Shown here piece by piece: positions 25,632 through 37,956 of a DNA stretch of 64,000 nt (its first letter is position 1; the number at the start of each line of letters is the position of its first letter). The notes beneath the pieces are model-generated. The model was given only the letters and a program-made list of their open reading frames with translations. It was not told the DNA's origin and searched no databases. Source of the DNA: Chiloscyllium plagiosum (lineage: Eukaryota); assembly GCF_004010195.1 (NCBI RefSeq), contig NC_057754.1, positions 783,318 through 847,317 of the forward strand, given 5' to 3'. Both the position numbers and the translations under genes were made by a program.

Positions 25632-26631
25632 GTTAGTGTATTAGATAGTTTCCCTTTTCTCTCACTCACTCTCCCTGGTCTCTAAACTCCCACTACTGCC
25701 CCCTCTGTGTATCTCTCTCTCTCTCTCTCTTTCTCTCTTTCTATAACTCATTCTCACACCCAATCTGTCTCATTCTCTTCTCCCTCTTTCTCTGCCTTCC
25801 CCTCTGACCTGCCTACCACCTGTCTCTTTCACAAACAAATTACCTCCTTCTGCCCAGTCTCCACTCTGGCTCCACACCATCTTCCCTGCCTCCCACTCCA
25901 GCCTGCCTGCCTGCCTCCTCTCTGCCCTCCCTCTGAAGGGAGTTGTGAGCCTGGATGATGATCCTGTTTGGAAGGGGTCAGATTCTAACCACAGCCGCCT
26001 CTGAAACAAATGAAAGGGTTTTTAAAAAAGTGATAAATGGTGATTGGTTTGGGGAAGAAAACCACCATTATTTCCTCACAGCTGCTAGTGAAGTAAATTC
26101 TTCAGCTTTTGGGAGTGAATGTGGACATGGCCTGAAGTGAAGACTATCAAGCTGTGGGGGTTTCTTTGGGAAAGTGTATTAACTTTGCAGAATAAATACC
26201 CCATTTAGAATGGACCTTTCAACAAGTATGTTCCTGAATTATTCAAGTTTTAATCTGATTTCTAATCTCAGACGGCAAGTGCCCTGAGCTGGATTCCCAC
26301 AGTACTGGATGTTTTTTGGTTTATACTCATGTCAGCCAATACAGTGGAAAGATATTTGATCCTGGGGCCATCAGACGAACACAATCCTGCCCCAGATACA
26401 ATATCATGTCAACGTGAGGCCTACCTGGGGGGGGTTGGATAATGATCTAGAGCCACAACCTTAGCTGGTTTCCTGCTATAGCCCCTGCCCGTCTTACTAA
26501 CTACCAACTATTGCTAGTATGCATTGTCAGTTGTGACTCAAGGAATCAGAGTTAATGCACTTGGAAAAAACTCTGTTTATCTGCATTTTCTGTGCATTAA
26601 CGAATTCTCCATCCACACCAATACAATACCC

Positions 26632-26920
26632 AGGTGGCACGGTGGCTCAGTGGTTAGCACTGCTGCCTCACAGCACCAGGGTCCTGGGTTTGATTCCTGT
26701 CTGTCTGTGTGGAGTTTGCACATTCTCCCTGTGTCTGATGCGCAGGTCAGGTGAATTGGTCATGCTAAATTGCCCACAGTGTTAGGTGCGTTAGTCAGGG
26801 GTAAATATAGGGTAGGGGAATGGGTTTGGGTGGGTTTTTCTTCGGAGGGGCGGTGTGGACTTGTTGGGCCGAAGGGCCTGTTTCCTTACTGTAGAGAATC
26901 TACAGAATCTAAACTAATCT
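26632..26920 (+). mobile_element. HE1-type V-SINE with 7-bp TSD
   Basis: tRNA-like head; internal deletion in the V-domain; AATACCC duplicated at 26625-26631 and 26921-26927. Confidence 0.9.
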
Positions 26921-26959
26921 AATACCCTGACTCTGCAAGCTTATGTGTTAACCTTTTAG

Positions 26960-28040
26960 AATCATGGGATTTTACAGTACAAAAGGAGGCCAATGACCCA
27001 TCATGTCTGCACTGGCTCCCGAAAGAGTTACCCAGCTAGTCCCATTCTCAAGCCCTATTTCTGCAACCTCTAACTAACTCACTTTCAAATATGTATCCAG
27101 CTCTCTTTTGAAACTGCTTATGGAATCCGTCTCTACTGTGCTCCCAGGCAGTGCATTCCAAATCCTAACAATTCCCGGAGTAAAGCAGTTTCTCCTCATT
27201 TCAGTCCTTGCTCTCTTGCTGACAGTCTTGAAATTGTGACCCCTAGTTACTGACATACCAATTAGTGGAAACAGAATATCCTTTCTTAGTCTGTCAAATT
27301 GTTCATAATTTTGAATACCTCAATAAGGTCAACTCTTAATCTTCTCTGCTCCATGAAGAATAAGCACAATTTCTCTCCAATCTCTTGTATCTAAAATCCC
27401 CATTCCTGGGATCATTCTAATAAGTCTTGTTTGCATTCTCTCCCAGGCTTAACATTTTTCTTTAAATAAAGTGCTCAGAGCTGAACACAATACTCAAAAT
27501 ATAGCTCTTTATCTATACAACATGCATAAATCTTCAAAAAACTCTTAATAAATTTGCCAAACACTATTTTCTTTTTGTTGATTCTATTGATCAGACTTTA
27601 ATTCTCTAAATACAATCAGTATGAATTTGGAGCAGGAGGAAGCCACTGAGCCCTCAAGCCTGAGCCCCATTCAATAAAATCATGGCTACCAACCCCTAAT
27701 AACATCTCATCACCTTGCTTAACAAGAATCTATCCACCTCTGCCTTAAAAATATTCAAAGGTTCTGCTTCCACTGCCTCTTGAGCAAGAGAGTTCCACAG
27801 ATACATGACAGAAAATATTTCTCCTCATTTTAGTTTTAAAGGGTGACCCCTGGTTCTAGACTCTCCACATCCACCCTGTTAAGATCCCTTGAGGTCTTAC
27901 GTGTTTCAAATAGTTGCCTCTTTCTCTTCTAAACTCCAATGGATACAAACCTAGCCTGTCCAACGTTTCCTCATAAGACAACCTGCCCGTCCCTGTTATT
28001 AGTTTGGTAAAACTTCTCTGAACTGCCTTCAACACATTTT
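26960..28040 (-). mobile_element. Two older CR1 3' fragments
   Basis: TRGHNFKT...EMRRNCFTPGIVRIWNALP peptide and CR1 3' UTR-like sequence. Confidence 0.75.
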
Positions 28041-28049
28041 AAAAAAAAC

Positions 28050-28406
28050 TTCATTCACACAATGAGGGTATCGCTGGCTAGGCCAGCATTTATTGCCCAA
28101 CTCTATTTGCCCATAGGGCAGTTCAGTGTCAACCACATTGTTGTGGGTCTGGAGTCACATGTAGGCCAGACCAGGTAAGGATGGCAATTTCCTTCCCTAA
28201 AGGACATTAGTGACCGAAATAGGTTTTTCCCCGACCATCAACAATGGAATCATGGTCATCATTAGACTCTTAATTCAGATATTTTCTTTATTAAAGTCAA
28301 ATTTAATCATCTGCCATGGTGGGATTTGAACCTGGGGTCACCACAATATTCCCTGGGTTTCTGGATGAACAGTCCAGTTATAATACCACAAGGCTATTGC
28401 ATCCCC
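28050..28406 (-). mobile_element. tRNA-derived SINE (third family)
   Basis: B-box-like GGTTCAAATCC on the minus strand at ~28322-28332; core gtgggtctggagtcacatgtaggccagacc shared with copies at ~24380-24610(-), 57825-58135(-), 58952-59150(+). Confidence 0.75.
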
Positions 28407-28537
28407 CGTTTATAACTACTACATTTTCTATTAGCTAACTAGTCTTTTATTCATGCCAATATGATTACCCCTGCACCATGAACTTTTATTTTTAGCAACA
28501 ACCTTTCAAATGCCCAGAAGTAGGTTCCTGATAACAT

Positions 28538-31290
28538 GTAGTTGTCATGGGGGACTTCAACTTTCCAAATATTGACTGGGATCACTACAGTACGAGTACT
28601 ATAGATGGGTCAGTTTTTGTCCAGTGTGTGCAGGAGGGCTGCCTGACACAGTATGTAGACAGGCCAACAAGGGGCAAAGCCACATTAGATTTGGTACTGG
28701 GTAATGAGCCTGGCCAGGTGTTAGACTTGGAAGTAGGTGAGCACTTTGGTGATAGCGATCACAATTCTGTTATGTTTACTTTAGTGATAGAAAGGGATAG
28801 GTGTACACCACTGGGCAAGAGTTACAGCTGGGGGAAAGGCAATTACGATGCGATTAGGCAAGATTTAGGAAACATAGGATGGGGAGGGAAACTGCAGGGG
28901 ATGGGCACATTAGAAATGTGGAGCTTATTCAAGGAAAAGCTTCTGACTGTCCTAGATAAGTATCTACCTGTCAGGCATGGAGGAAGCTGTAGAGCGCGGG
29001 AGCCGTGGTTTACGAAGGAAGTGGAATCTCTGGTCTAGAGGAAGAAGGCGGCTTATGTTAGGATGAGATGTGAAGGCTCAGTTAGGGCGCTTGAGGGTTA
29101 CAAGGTAGCCAGGAAAGACCTAAAGAGAGAGCTCAGAAGAGCTAGGAGGAGACATGAGAAGTTGTTGGCGGATAGGATCAGGGTAAGCCCTAAGGCTTTC
29201 TATAGGTATTTAAGGAATAAAAGAATGACGAGAGTAAGATTAGGGCCAATCAAGGATAGTAGTGGGAAGTTGTGTGTGGAGTCAGAGGAGATAGGGGAAG
29301 CACTAAACAAATATTTTTTGACAATATTCACTCTAGAAAACGACAATGTTGTCGAGGAGAATACTGAGATACAGGCTACTAGACTGGGGGTGGGATTGAG
29401 GTTCACAAGGAAGAGGTATTAGAAATCCTGCAGAGTGTGAAAATAGATAAGTCCTCTGGGCCAGATGGGATTTATCCTAGGATCCTCTGGGAAGCCAGGG
29501 AGGAGATCGTCGAGCCTTTGGCATTGGTCTTTAAATCATCATTGTCTACAGGAATAGTGCCAGAAGACTGGAGGGTAGCAAATGTGGTTCGCCTGTTCAA
29601 GAAGGGGAGTAGAAACAACACTGGTAATTTTAGACCAGTTGTTGGTAAAGTGTTGGAAAAGGTTATAAGAGATAGGATTTATAATCATCTAGAAAAGAAT
29701 AATTTGATAGGGATAGTCAGCATGGTTTTGTGAAGGATAGGTTGTGCCTCACAAACCTTATTGAGTTCTTTGAGAAGGTGACCAAACAGGTAGATGAGAG
29801 TAAACTGGTTAATGTAGTGTATATGGATTTCAGCAAGGCGTTCGATAAGTTTCCCCACAGTAGGCTATTGTACAAAATGCGGAAGATTGGGATTGTGGGA
29901 GATATAGCAGTTTGGATCAGTAATTGGCTCGCTGAAAGAAGACAGAGGGTGGTGGTTGATGGGAAATGTTCATCCTGGAGTCCAGTTACTAGTGGTGTAC
30001 CGCAAGGGTCGGTGTTGGGTCCACTAATGTTCGTCATTTTTATAAATGACCTGGATGAGGGCGTAGAAGGGTGGGTTAGTAAATTTGCAGACGACACTAA
30101 GGTCAGTGGAGTTGTGGATAGTGACGAAGCATGTTGTAGGTTACAGAGAGACATAGATAAGCTGCAGAGCTGGGCTGAGAGGTAGCAAATGGAGTTTAAT
30201 GCAGACAAGTGTGAGGTGATTCACTTTGGTCGGAGTAACTTGAATGCAAAGTACTGGGCAAATGGTAAGATTATTGGTAGTGTAGATGAGCAGAGAGATC
30301 TCGGTGTCCATGTACACAGATCCTTGAAAGTTGCCACCCAGGTTGACAGGGTTGTTAAGAAGGCATACAGTGTTTTAGCTTTTATTATTAGAGGGATCGA
30401 GTTCCGGAACCATGAGGTTATGCTAGAGCTGTACAAAACTTTGGTGCGGCTGCACTTGGAGTTTTGCGTACAGTTCTGGTCACTGCATTATAAGGAGGAT
30501 GTGGAAACTTTGGAAAAGGTACAGAGGAGATTTACTAGGATGCTGCCTGGTATGGAGGGGAGGTCTTATGAGGAAAGGCTGAGGGACTTGAGGCTGTTTT
30601 CGTTAGAGAGAAGAAGGTTGAGAGGTGACTTAATAGAGACATATAAGATAATCAGAGGGTTAGATAGGGTGGACAGGGAGAGCCTTTTTCCAAGTGTGGT
30701 GACGGCGAGCACGAGGGGGCATAGCTTTAAATTGAGGGGTGATAGATATAGGACAGATGTCAGAGGTAATTTCTTTACTCAGTAGTAAGGGTATGGAATG
30801 CTTTGCCTGCAACGGTAGTAGATTCGCCAACTTTAAGTACATTTAAGTCGTCATTGGACAAGCATATGGACGTACATGGAATGGTGTAGATTAGATGGGC
30901 TGCAGATTGTGGGCGGCACGGTGGCCCAGTGGTTAGCACTGCTGCCTCACAGCGCCTGTAGACCCGGGTTCAATTCCCGACTCAGGCGACTGACTGTGTG
31001 GAGTTTGCACATTCTCCCCGTGTCTGCGTGGGTTTCCTCCGGGTGCTCCGGTTTCCTCCCACAGTCCAAAGATGTGCGGGTCAGGTGAATTGGCCATGCT
31101 AAATTGCCCGTAGTGTTAGGTTAAAGGGGTAAAGGTAGGGGTATGGGTGGGTTGCGCTTCGGCGGGTCGGTGTGGACTTGTTGGGCCGAAGGGCCTGTTT
31201 CCACACTGTAAGTAATCTAATCTAATCTAAAAGGTCGGCGCAACATTGAGGGCCGAAGGGCCTGTACTGCGCTGTTATGTTCTATGCTAT
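28538..31290 (+). mobile_element. CR1 LINE, 5'-truncated ORF2 (end of endonuclease, RT, 3' UTR), relatively young
   Basis: [47 protein letters not shown]; few frameshifts or stops; TTCTATG tail. Confidence 0.95.
30911..31230 (+). mobile_element. Near-intact HE1 V-SINE nested in the CR1 3' UTR
   Basis: A box TGGCCCAGTGG, B box GGTTCAATTCC (30967-30977), full V-domain, many CpGs retained, (TAATC)3 tail. Confidence 0.95.
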
Positions 31291-31479
31291 CAGGTTAACT
31301 ACTCTGTCAGTCCTTATTTTCTCTCTTTCTGCCTTTCTGAATAGTCATGTTACATTTGCTAAATTCCAGTCACTGGGACTGTTCAGGAATCTGAGAAATT
31401 TTGAAAACGAGAAGCATAATATCCCTGTTGCTGCCTCTTTTCAAACATTAGGATGTAGGCCATAATGGCATGGGGACTT

Positions 31480-34476
31480 AGAATATAGAACATTCCAGCG
31501 CAGTACAGGCCCTTTGGCCCTCGATGTTGCACTGACCTGTGAAACCAATTTGAAGCCTATCTAATTTACACTATTCCATTTTCATCCACATGCCTATCCA
31601 ATGACCATTTAAATGCCCTTAAAGTCGGCACGTCCAACACCTGTGCAGGCAGGCCATTCCACATCCCTACTATTCTCTGAGTAAAGAAAGTACCTCTAAC
31701 ATCTGTCCTATATCTATCACCCCTCAATTTAAAGCTATGTACCCTCATGCTAGCCATCACCATCCGAGGAGAAAGGGTCTCACTGTCCACCCTATCTAAC
31801 CCTCTGATTATCTTCTATGTTTCAATTAAGTCATCTCTCAACCTTCTTCTCTCCAACCAAAACAGCCTCAAATCCCTCAGCCTTTCCTCATAAGACCTTC
31901 CCTCCAGACCAGGCAACATCCTAGTAAATCTCCTCTGAACTCTTTCCAAAGCTTCCACATCCTTCCTATAATGCGGTGACCAGAACTGTACGCAATACTC
32001 CAATGAGGCCGTACCAGAGTTTTATATAGCTGCAGCTTGACCTCATGGTTCCAAAACCCAATCTCTCCACTAATAAAAGCTAACACACCATATGCCTTCT
32101 TAACAGCCCTATCAAGCTGGATGACAAATTTGAGGGATCTATGTACATATACACAGAGATCTCTCTGCTCATCTACACTACCAAGAATCTTACCATTAGC
32201 CCAGTACTCCTTATTCCTGTTGCTCCTTCCAGAGTGAATCACCTCACACTTTTCTGCATAAAACTCCATTTGCCAACTCTCAGCCCAGCTCTGTAGCTTT
32301 TCTATGTCCCTCTTTAAGCCACAACATCCTTCAGCACTATCCACAACTCTACTGACCTTAGTGTCATTCACAAATTTACAAACCAATCCTTCTATGCCCT
32401 CATCTCGGTCATTTATAAAAATAACAAACAGCAATGGCCCCAAAACAGATACTTGCAATACACCATTAGTAACTCCAGGATGAACATTTCCCATCAACCA
32501 CCACCCTCTGTTTTCTTTCTGCTCGCCAATTTCTGATCCAAACCGCTAAATCACCCTCAATCCCATGCCTCCGTTATTATAAATCCTATATCTTATAACC
32601 TTTTTGAACACTTTACCTACAACTGAAGTAAGGCTCACTGGTCTATAATTAGCAGTGTTGTCTCTACTCCCCTTCTTGAACAAGGGGATAACATTTGCTA
32701 TCCTCCAGACCTCTGGCACTATTCCTGTAGACAATGACAACATAAAGATCAATCTCCTCCACTGCTTCGCAGAGAATCTTAGGATAAATCTCATCTGGCC
32801 CAGGGGACTTACCTATTTTCACACTTTCCAGAATTGCTAAAACTTCCTCTTTATGCACCTCAATCCCATCTACTCTAGCAGCCCGTATCTCAGTATTCAT
32901 CTTTTTCCAGTGTGAATACTGATGAAAAATATTCATTTAGCGCCTCCCCTATCTCCTCCGACTCCATGCACCGCTTCCCACTACTATCCTTGATTGGCCC
33001 AAATCTTTCTCTAGTCTTTCTTTTATTCCTGATAAACCTATAGAAAGCCTTAGGATGTTCCTTGATTCTATCTGCCAACAACTTCTCATGTTACCTCCTG
33101 GCTCTTCTTAGCTCTCTCTTTAGGTCTTTCCTGGCTAATTTGTAACTCTCAAGCGCTCTAACTGAGCCTTCACATCTCATCCTAACATAAGTCGTCTTTT
33201 TCCTCTTGACAAGAGCTTCAACTTTAGTAAACCACTGCTCCCTCGCTCAACAACTTTCTCCCTGCCTAACAGGTACATACTTATACAGGACACAAAGTAG
33301 CTGTTCCTTGAATAAACTCCACATTTCAATTGTGCCCATCCCCTGCAGTTTCCTTCCCCAAGCTATGCATCCTAAATCTTGCCTAATTGCATCATAATTG
33401 CCTTTCCCCCAACTATAACTCTTGCCCTGCAGTATATATCTATCACTTTTCATCACTAAAGTAAACATAACTGAATTGTGGTCACTACCACCAAAGTGCT
33501 CACATACCTCCAAATCTAACACCTGGCCTGGTTCATTACACAGTACCAAATTCAATGTGGCCTCGCCCTTTATTGGCCTGTCTACATACTGTGTCAGAAG
33601 ACCTTCCTGCACACAATTGACAAAAACTGATCCATCGAAAGAACTTGAACTATAGTATTCCCAGTCAATATTTGGAAAGTTGAAGTCCCCCATAACAACT
33701 ACCCTGTTACTCTCGCTCCTATCGAGAATCATCTTTGCGATCCTTTTCTCTACATCTCTGGAACTATTCGGAGGCCTCCAGAAAACTCCCAACAGGGTGA
33801 CCTCTCCTTTCCTGTTTCTAACCTTAGTAGATGAGTCCTCAAACGTCCTTTCTGCCCCCGTAATACTGTATTTGATTACTAATGCCACACCTCCTCCTCT
33901 TTTGGCATCTTCTCTGTTCTTACTGAAACATCTAAATCCCAGAACCTGCAACAACCATTCCTGTCCCTGCTTTATCCATGTCTCCGAAATGGCTACAACA
34001 TCGAAACCCCGGGTACCAACCCATGCTGCAAGTTCACCCACCTTATTCCAGATTCTGTCAGTGTTGAAATAGACAAACTTCAAACCAACTTCTTACTTGC
34101 CAGAGTCCCCTTGTGACCTTGAAACCTTATTTCTGACCTCACTACTCTCAACCACCTGTATACTGGAACTACAATTTAGGTTCCCATCCCCCTGCTGAAT
34201 TAGTTTAAACCCTCCCAAAGAGCATTAGCAAATTCCACCCCCAACCCCCCAGAATATTGGTATCCCTCTGGTTCAAGTGAAGACCATCCTGTTTGTAGAG
34301 TCCCACCTACTCCAGAAAGAGTCCCAATTATCGAGGACTCCAAAACGCTCCATCCTGCATCATCCCTGTAGCTACACGTTCAACTCCTCTCTCTCCCTAT
34401 TCCTCACCTCACTACCACGTGGCATGGGCAACAAACCAAAGGTAAATAACTCTGTTTGTTCTAACTCTAAGCTCCT
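31480..34476 (-). mobile_element. CR1 LINE of the same family: ORF1 C-terminus plus most of ORF2
   Basis: APE endonuclease (DVVAISETW, GGGVAL, RPPN, GDFNFP, SDH); RT with an internal deletion near 32575; esterase-like ORF1 end DGLHLNQR...FANALWEGLN at ~34200-34290; splits an older CR1 (ggggactt|gtcagc). Confidence 0.93.
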
Positions 34477-34574
34477 GTCAGCTTTTAATCTCTTACATTT
34501 ATCTAATATTTCTAATGTCAATGATTTAAAGTTCCTGACTCTCTTAGTCCCTTGGTTACCCCTACACCTGCTAT

Positions 34575-35010
34575 GTCATAGAGTCATACAGCACAGAAAT
34601 GGACCCTTCAGTCCAACCAGTCCGTGCTGACCATAATCCCAACTAGTCCCACCTGCCTGCACTTGGCCCATATCCCTCCAAGCATTTATTCGTGTATTTA
34701 TCTAAATGTCTTTAAACGTTGTACCGTACACGCATCCACCACTTCTCTGGAAGTTCATTCCACATACGAACCACTCTGTGCATAAAAAACAAAATGCTCC
34801 TTATGTCTTTTTAAAATCATTTTCCCCTCACCTTAAAAATGTGCCACCTAGTCTTGAAATCCCCCACCATAGGGAAAAGACACTTGTCATTCACCTTTTC
34901 TATAATCCTCATTATTTTATAAACCTCTATAAGGTCACCCCACAATGTCCTGCACTGAAGTGAAAAGGTCCCAGTCTATCCTGTCTCTCCTTATAACTCA
35001 AACCTTCCAC
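34575..35010 (-). mobile_element. CR1/HER1-like 3' end
   Basis: catagagtcatacagcacagaaatggacccttc...; same family at 48860-49395(-) and 63725-64000(-). Confidence 0.8.
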
Positions 35011-35156
35011 TCACATCCTTTGTGTTTTTGACTGTGAGTACAGATACAAGTTATTTGTTCAAGCTTTCTGCCATTTCCTCATTCCCCAGGATGATTTATC
35101 CTGCCTAAATGATTTGCTTGCTAATTCACTAAAAGAGTGTCTCTTCTTTCCTGTAG

Positions 35157-35185
35157 CCGAACCAAGGAGCTGATACAGAGTCCAG
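35157..35185 (+). CDS. EML3: EML3 microexon (29 nt)
   Basis: ctgtag|C CGA ACC AAG GAG CTG ATA CAG AGT CCA G|gtaatg; (S)RTKELIQSP; supplies the required phase 2-to-1 change. Confidence 0.8.
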
Positions 35186-35565
35186 GTAATGAATTGGAAA
35201 GTATCAGGGCACGCATATAACCTGCAAATGCACCAGCATCTGATATTGGCCCTCAGGGGATGGGAGGGACAGTGAAGTGAAAGAGTGCGGAGGAAGGTGA
35301 TGGGATCCATTCGACGTGTGACAGGGTTCAGGCGGAGGGTGACAGGAATGATGAGAGGCGATGAGTTTGAATGGTAATGGGGAGGGCAGTGGGTTTGGAT
35401 GATGATGGGGAGGGCAGTGGGTTTGGATGGTGATGGGGAGGTAGTCTTGTCTACATGTCATGTCTGGCCGAAAATTGTTGTAAATGCTTTAGCCTTGCCT
35501 TTTGCTTTGAATTGCCTTTGAAGCTGAGAAATAAACTCTTAAGCCTAACTGCTTTTCTGTTTCAG

Positions 35566-35598
35566 GTGCTGTTTCCCGACGTGGAGTCTACAATCAGG
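35566..35598 (+). CDS. EML3: EML3 microexon (33 nt)
   Basis: tttcag|GT GCT...CAG G|gtgagc; (G)AVSRRGVYNQ resembles human EML3 GPGSRRSNYNL; phase 1-1. Confidence 0.85.
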
Positions 35599-35689
35599 GT
35601 GAGCTTCCATCTTTCCTCATTGACCAGATATTGAAACAGATGACAAAAACAACAGTAACCCTCATTACAACCAAACATTAATCCTCAAA

Positions 35690-35995
35690 ACTCTCACTAA
35701 ACCTTGACACACTCACTAAACCCAAGAATTACCCTTGAAACACTCACCACCTCCGAGAACTACTCTCGAAAGATTCACTACCCCAAAAACTATCCTAAAA
35801 ACTCACGACCCCCAAGAATTACCTTCAAACAACTCACCATCTCCAAGAACTACCCTCAAAACACTCTCTACTCTCAGGAACTACCTTTGAAACACTCACT
35901 ACCCAGTAGAACTGCCCTCTAAATCCTCATTACTTCTGAGACACTCACAAGAACTACCTTCAAAACACTCACTACCTCCAAGCTGTACCCTCACT
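35690..35995. repeat. ~31-bp degenerate tandem repeat (~9 units)
   Basis: AACTACCCTYRAAACACTCACTACCTCCAAG-like units. Confidence 0.85.
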
Positions 35996-36220
35996 ATCTG
36001 GGTTTTACTGTATTGTTCATGGTCATTTTCCCTGATCCCAACCTAATATCAAATATTCATTGTGCCACGATGGTCTCTCAACTCTTGTACCCAGGTTTCT
36101 GTCCGGAGCACCATGAGCCCACTGAAATAAGGGAGGGAGGTGTGTAGGTGCCCAGATGGACATTCTCCTGCAGTCCTGCATTCTGCTTTATAATCTGTGC
36201 TCCTCCTTTCACTATTCCAG

Positions 36221-36344
36221 AGGGAATATCCATAAAAATGTTCCTCCGAGGGCGTCCAATCACCATGTATGTCCCATCCAAACTCCAGAATACGGAAGAT
36301 CTAAAGGCTGAGCTGCCAGTGGAGAAACTGAAACTGGACTGGGT
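36221..36344 (+). CDS. EML3: EML3 exon: HELP motif part 1
   Basis: ttccag|AG GGA ATA...TGG GT|gtatcc; EGISIKMFLRGRPITMYVPSKLQNTEDLKAELPVEKLKLDWV; 124 nt. Confidence 0.97.
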
Positions 36345-37194
36345 GTATCCTCTGATTTGGATAAGAGTCAATGGTGTCGCCGCCTCTCCCTTTTCCCATT
36401 TTCTCTGCTCACTCATTCTAACTTTTACCTATTGAACTCAATCATGTATAACAAAAAGCTCAAGGTAAGTTCCTAGCTTCCAGACTTCTGCTTCATATCA
36501 ATGTTGGGAACTGTTACTGTATCTCAGCCACTCAGTAACTCTCCCATATTTACTGCCTAGGGATCGTCAGTCTGTCCAGACCAAGAGAATGGGAGAGCCA
36601 GTTGACACCATCTAGGGATCGTCACTCTGTCTAGACCAAGGAGAATGGGACAGCCAGCTGACACTGTCACTCTGTGTAGATTGAGAGAGCAGGTCTGCTA
36701 GCTATAATTGTCTAGGGATTGTCTCTCTGTTTGGACCAAGAGAGCGGATCAGCCAACAACACTGATTAGGCATCATCACTCTGTTTAGACTGATTAGAAT
36801 GGGGCATTGTTACTCTGTCCAGACCAAGGAGAGTAGGGCAGTCAGCTGATACAGTCTAGACACTGTCAGTGTGTCTAGACCAAGATACTGGGGCAGCTAA
36901 CCACACCTGATGTAACAGATCTGTCCAGATAGAGGTTAGTGGCATCACTCAGTATAGACTTTGTCGGTCTGTCATGACAGAGTTTAGTAAGACATCCAGT
37001 TGTGTATGCACAGTCAGTCTATCTTGATGGAGGTCAGTAGGAAAGTTAGCTGACACTATTTAGATGATTTCAGTATCTAGAGGGTGGAGTGTGCTGGCCA
37101 TGTGATAGCACTTGGGAAGATTTATAAGCTGCGCAGGTTATGTTTTATTTATTAGCTTTCTCCAATCCATCCATCAGTCCTTAACCAGATCTAG
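36345..37194 (+). promoter_or_regulatory. U12-type (minor spliceosome) GT-AG intron
   Basis: 5' splice site GTATCCTC at 36345; branch site TCCTTAAC at 37178-37185, ~10 nt before acceptor tag (37192-37194); no pyrimidine tract between branch site and AG. Confidence 0.9.
36555..37085. repeat. ~55-bp degenerate tandem repeat inside the U12 intron
   Basis: CTAGGGATCGTCACTCTGTCYAGACCAAGRGAATGGGACAGCCAGCTGACAC-like units. Confidence 0.8.
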
Positions 37195-37344
37195 CTATGG
37201 TTACAGAGGACGGGACTCTCGCTACAACCTGCACTTGCTGTCTTCGGGTGAGATTGTCTATTTCATTGCCTGTGTCGTGGTTTTGTTCAACATCGAGGAG
37301 AGGGCACAACGTCACTATCTCAAACACACCGACTGTGTACGCTG
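37195..37344 (+). CDS. EML3: EML3 exon: HELP motif part 2
   Basis: YGYRGRDSRYNLHLLSSGEIVYFIACVVVLFNIEERAQRHYLKHTDCVR(C); donor gtgaga; 150 nt. Confidence 0.97.
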
Positions 37345-37956
37345 GTGAGAATGGGGAGCTGTTGGAGGGAATGGACTGAGTGAGAGGGCAGATAGTGGTG
37401 TGTGTGATCATGCACAATGGTTCTGGTGTATAATTTGAAGTCTGTGCAGTAGCACAGTCTCACATCAGGAGGTGGCAAATGATTGTGATGGGGGGGGAGG
37501 AAGGGGGCTTGCGTCAAGGAGGGCTGTGGCTCAGGATGGGAATTGGGTTGAGGACTTGGAGAGTCGAGGGGGTGAACGAATGGATGTGGAGGTAGTCTCT
37601 GCAGGACTAAGGTAGAGTTTTGGATGTGTCTGAGAGGGTGGGGGGAATAGGTCTGTTGCTGTACTCTGAGAGAAGGATTAGGGGAAATTCAATAGGCTGA
37701 GAGTAGCAGTGGGGGCAGAGGAAGCTGAAGGGAGTTTGGGCTGTCTGCAATCCAGGAAGAGACTTGGGATTCTTCAGGATGTTTCTGCAATCTGAAGTAT
37801 GATCGGAACTGAGGGGAAGGAGGATGGAATTGAGAGGTCTGAGAGCTATGAGGAGAGGTTGGAGTTTGGAGTGATGAGCGGTAGTGTGCAGTATATCAAT
37901 CAGATCTCGAGGATTTACTATATTCAGGATTAACAGACTGTGCTGTTTTTCACTAG

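Noticed and set aside
28547..30785. Functional reverse transcriptase gene
   Set aside because: 5'-truncated CR1 ORF2 with frameshifts and in-frame stops.
30911..30990. tRNA gene
   Set aside because: The A/B boxes belong to the tRNA-derived head of an HE1 SINE; the same applies to 60226-60310 and the other SINE heads.
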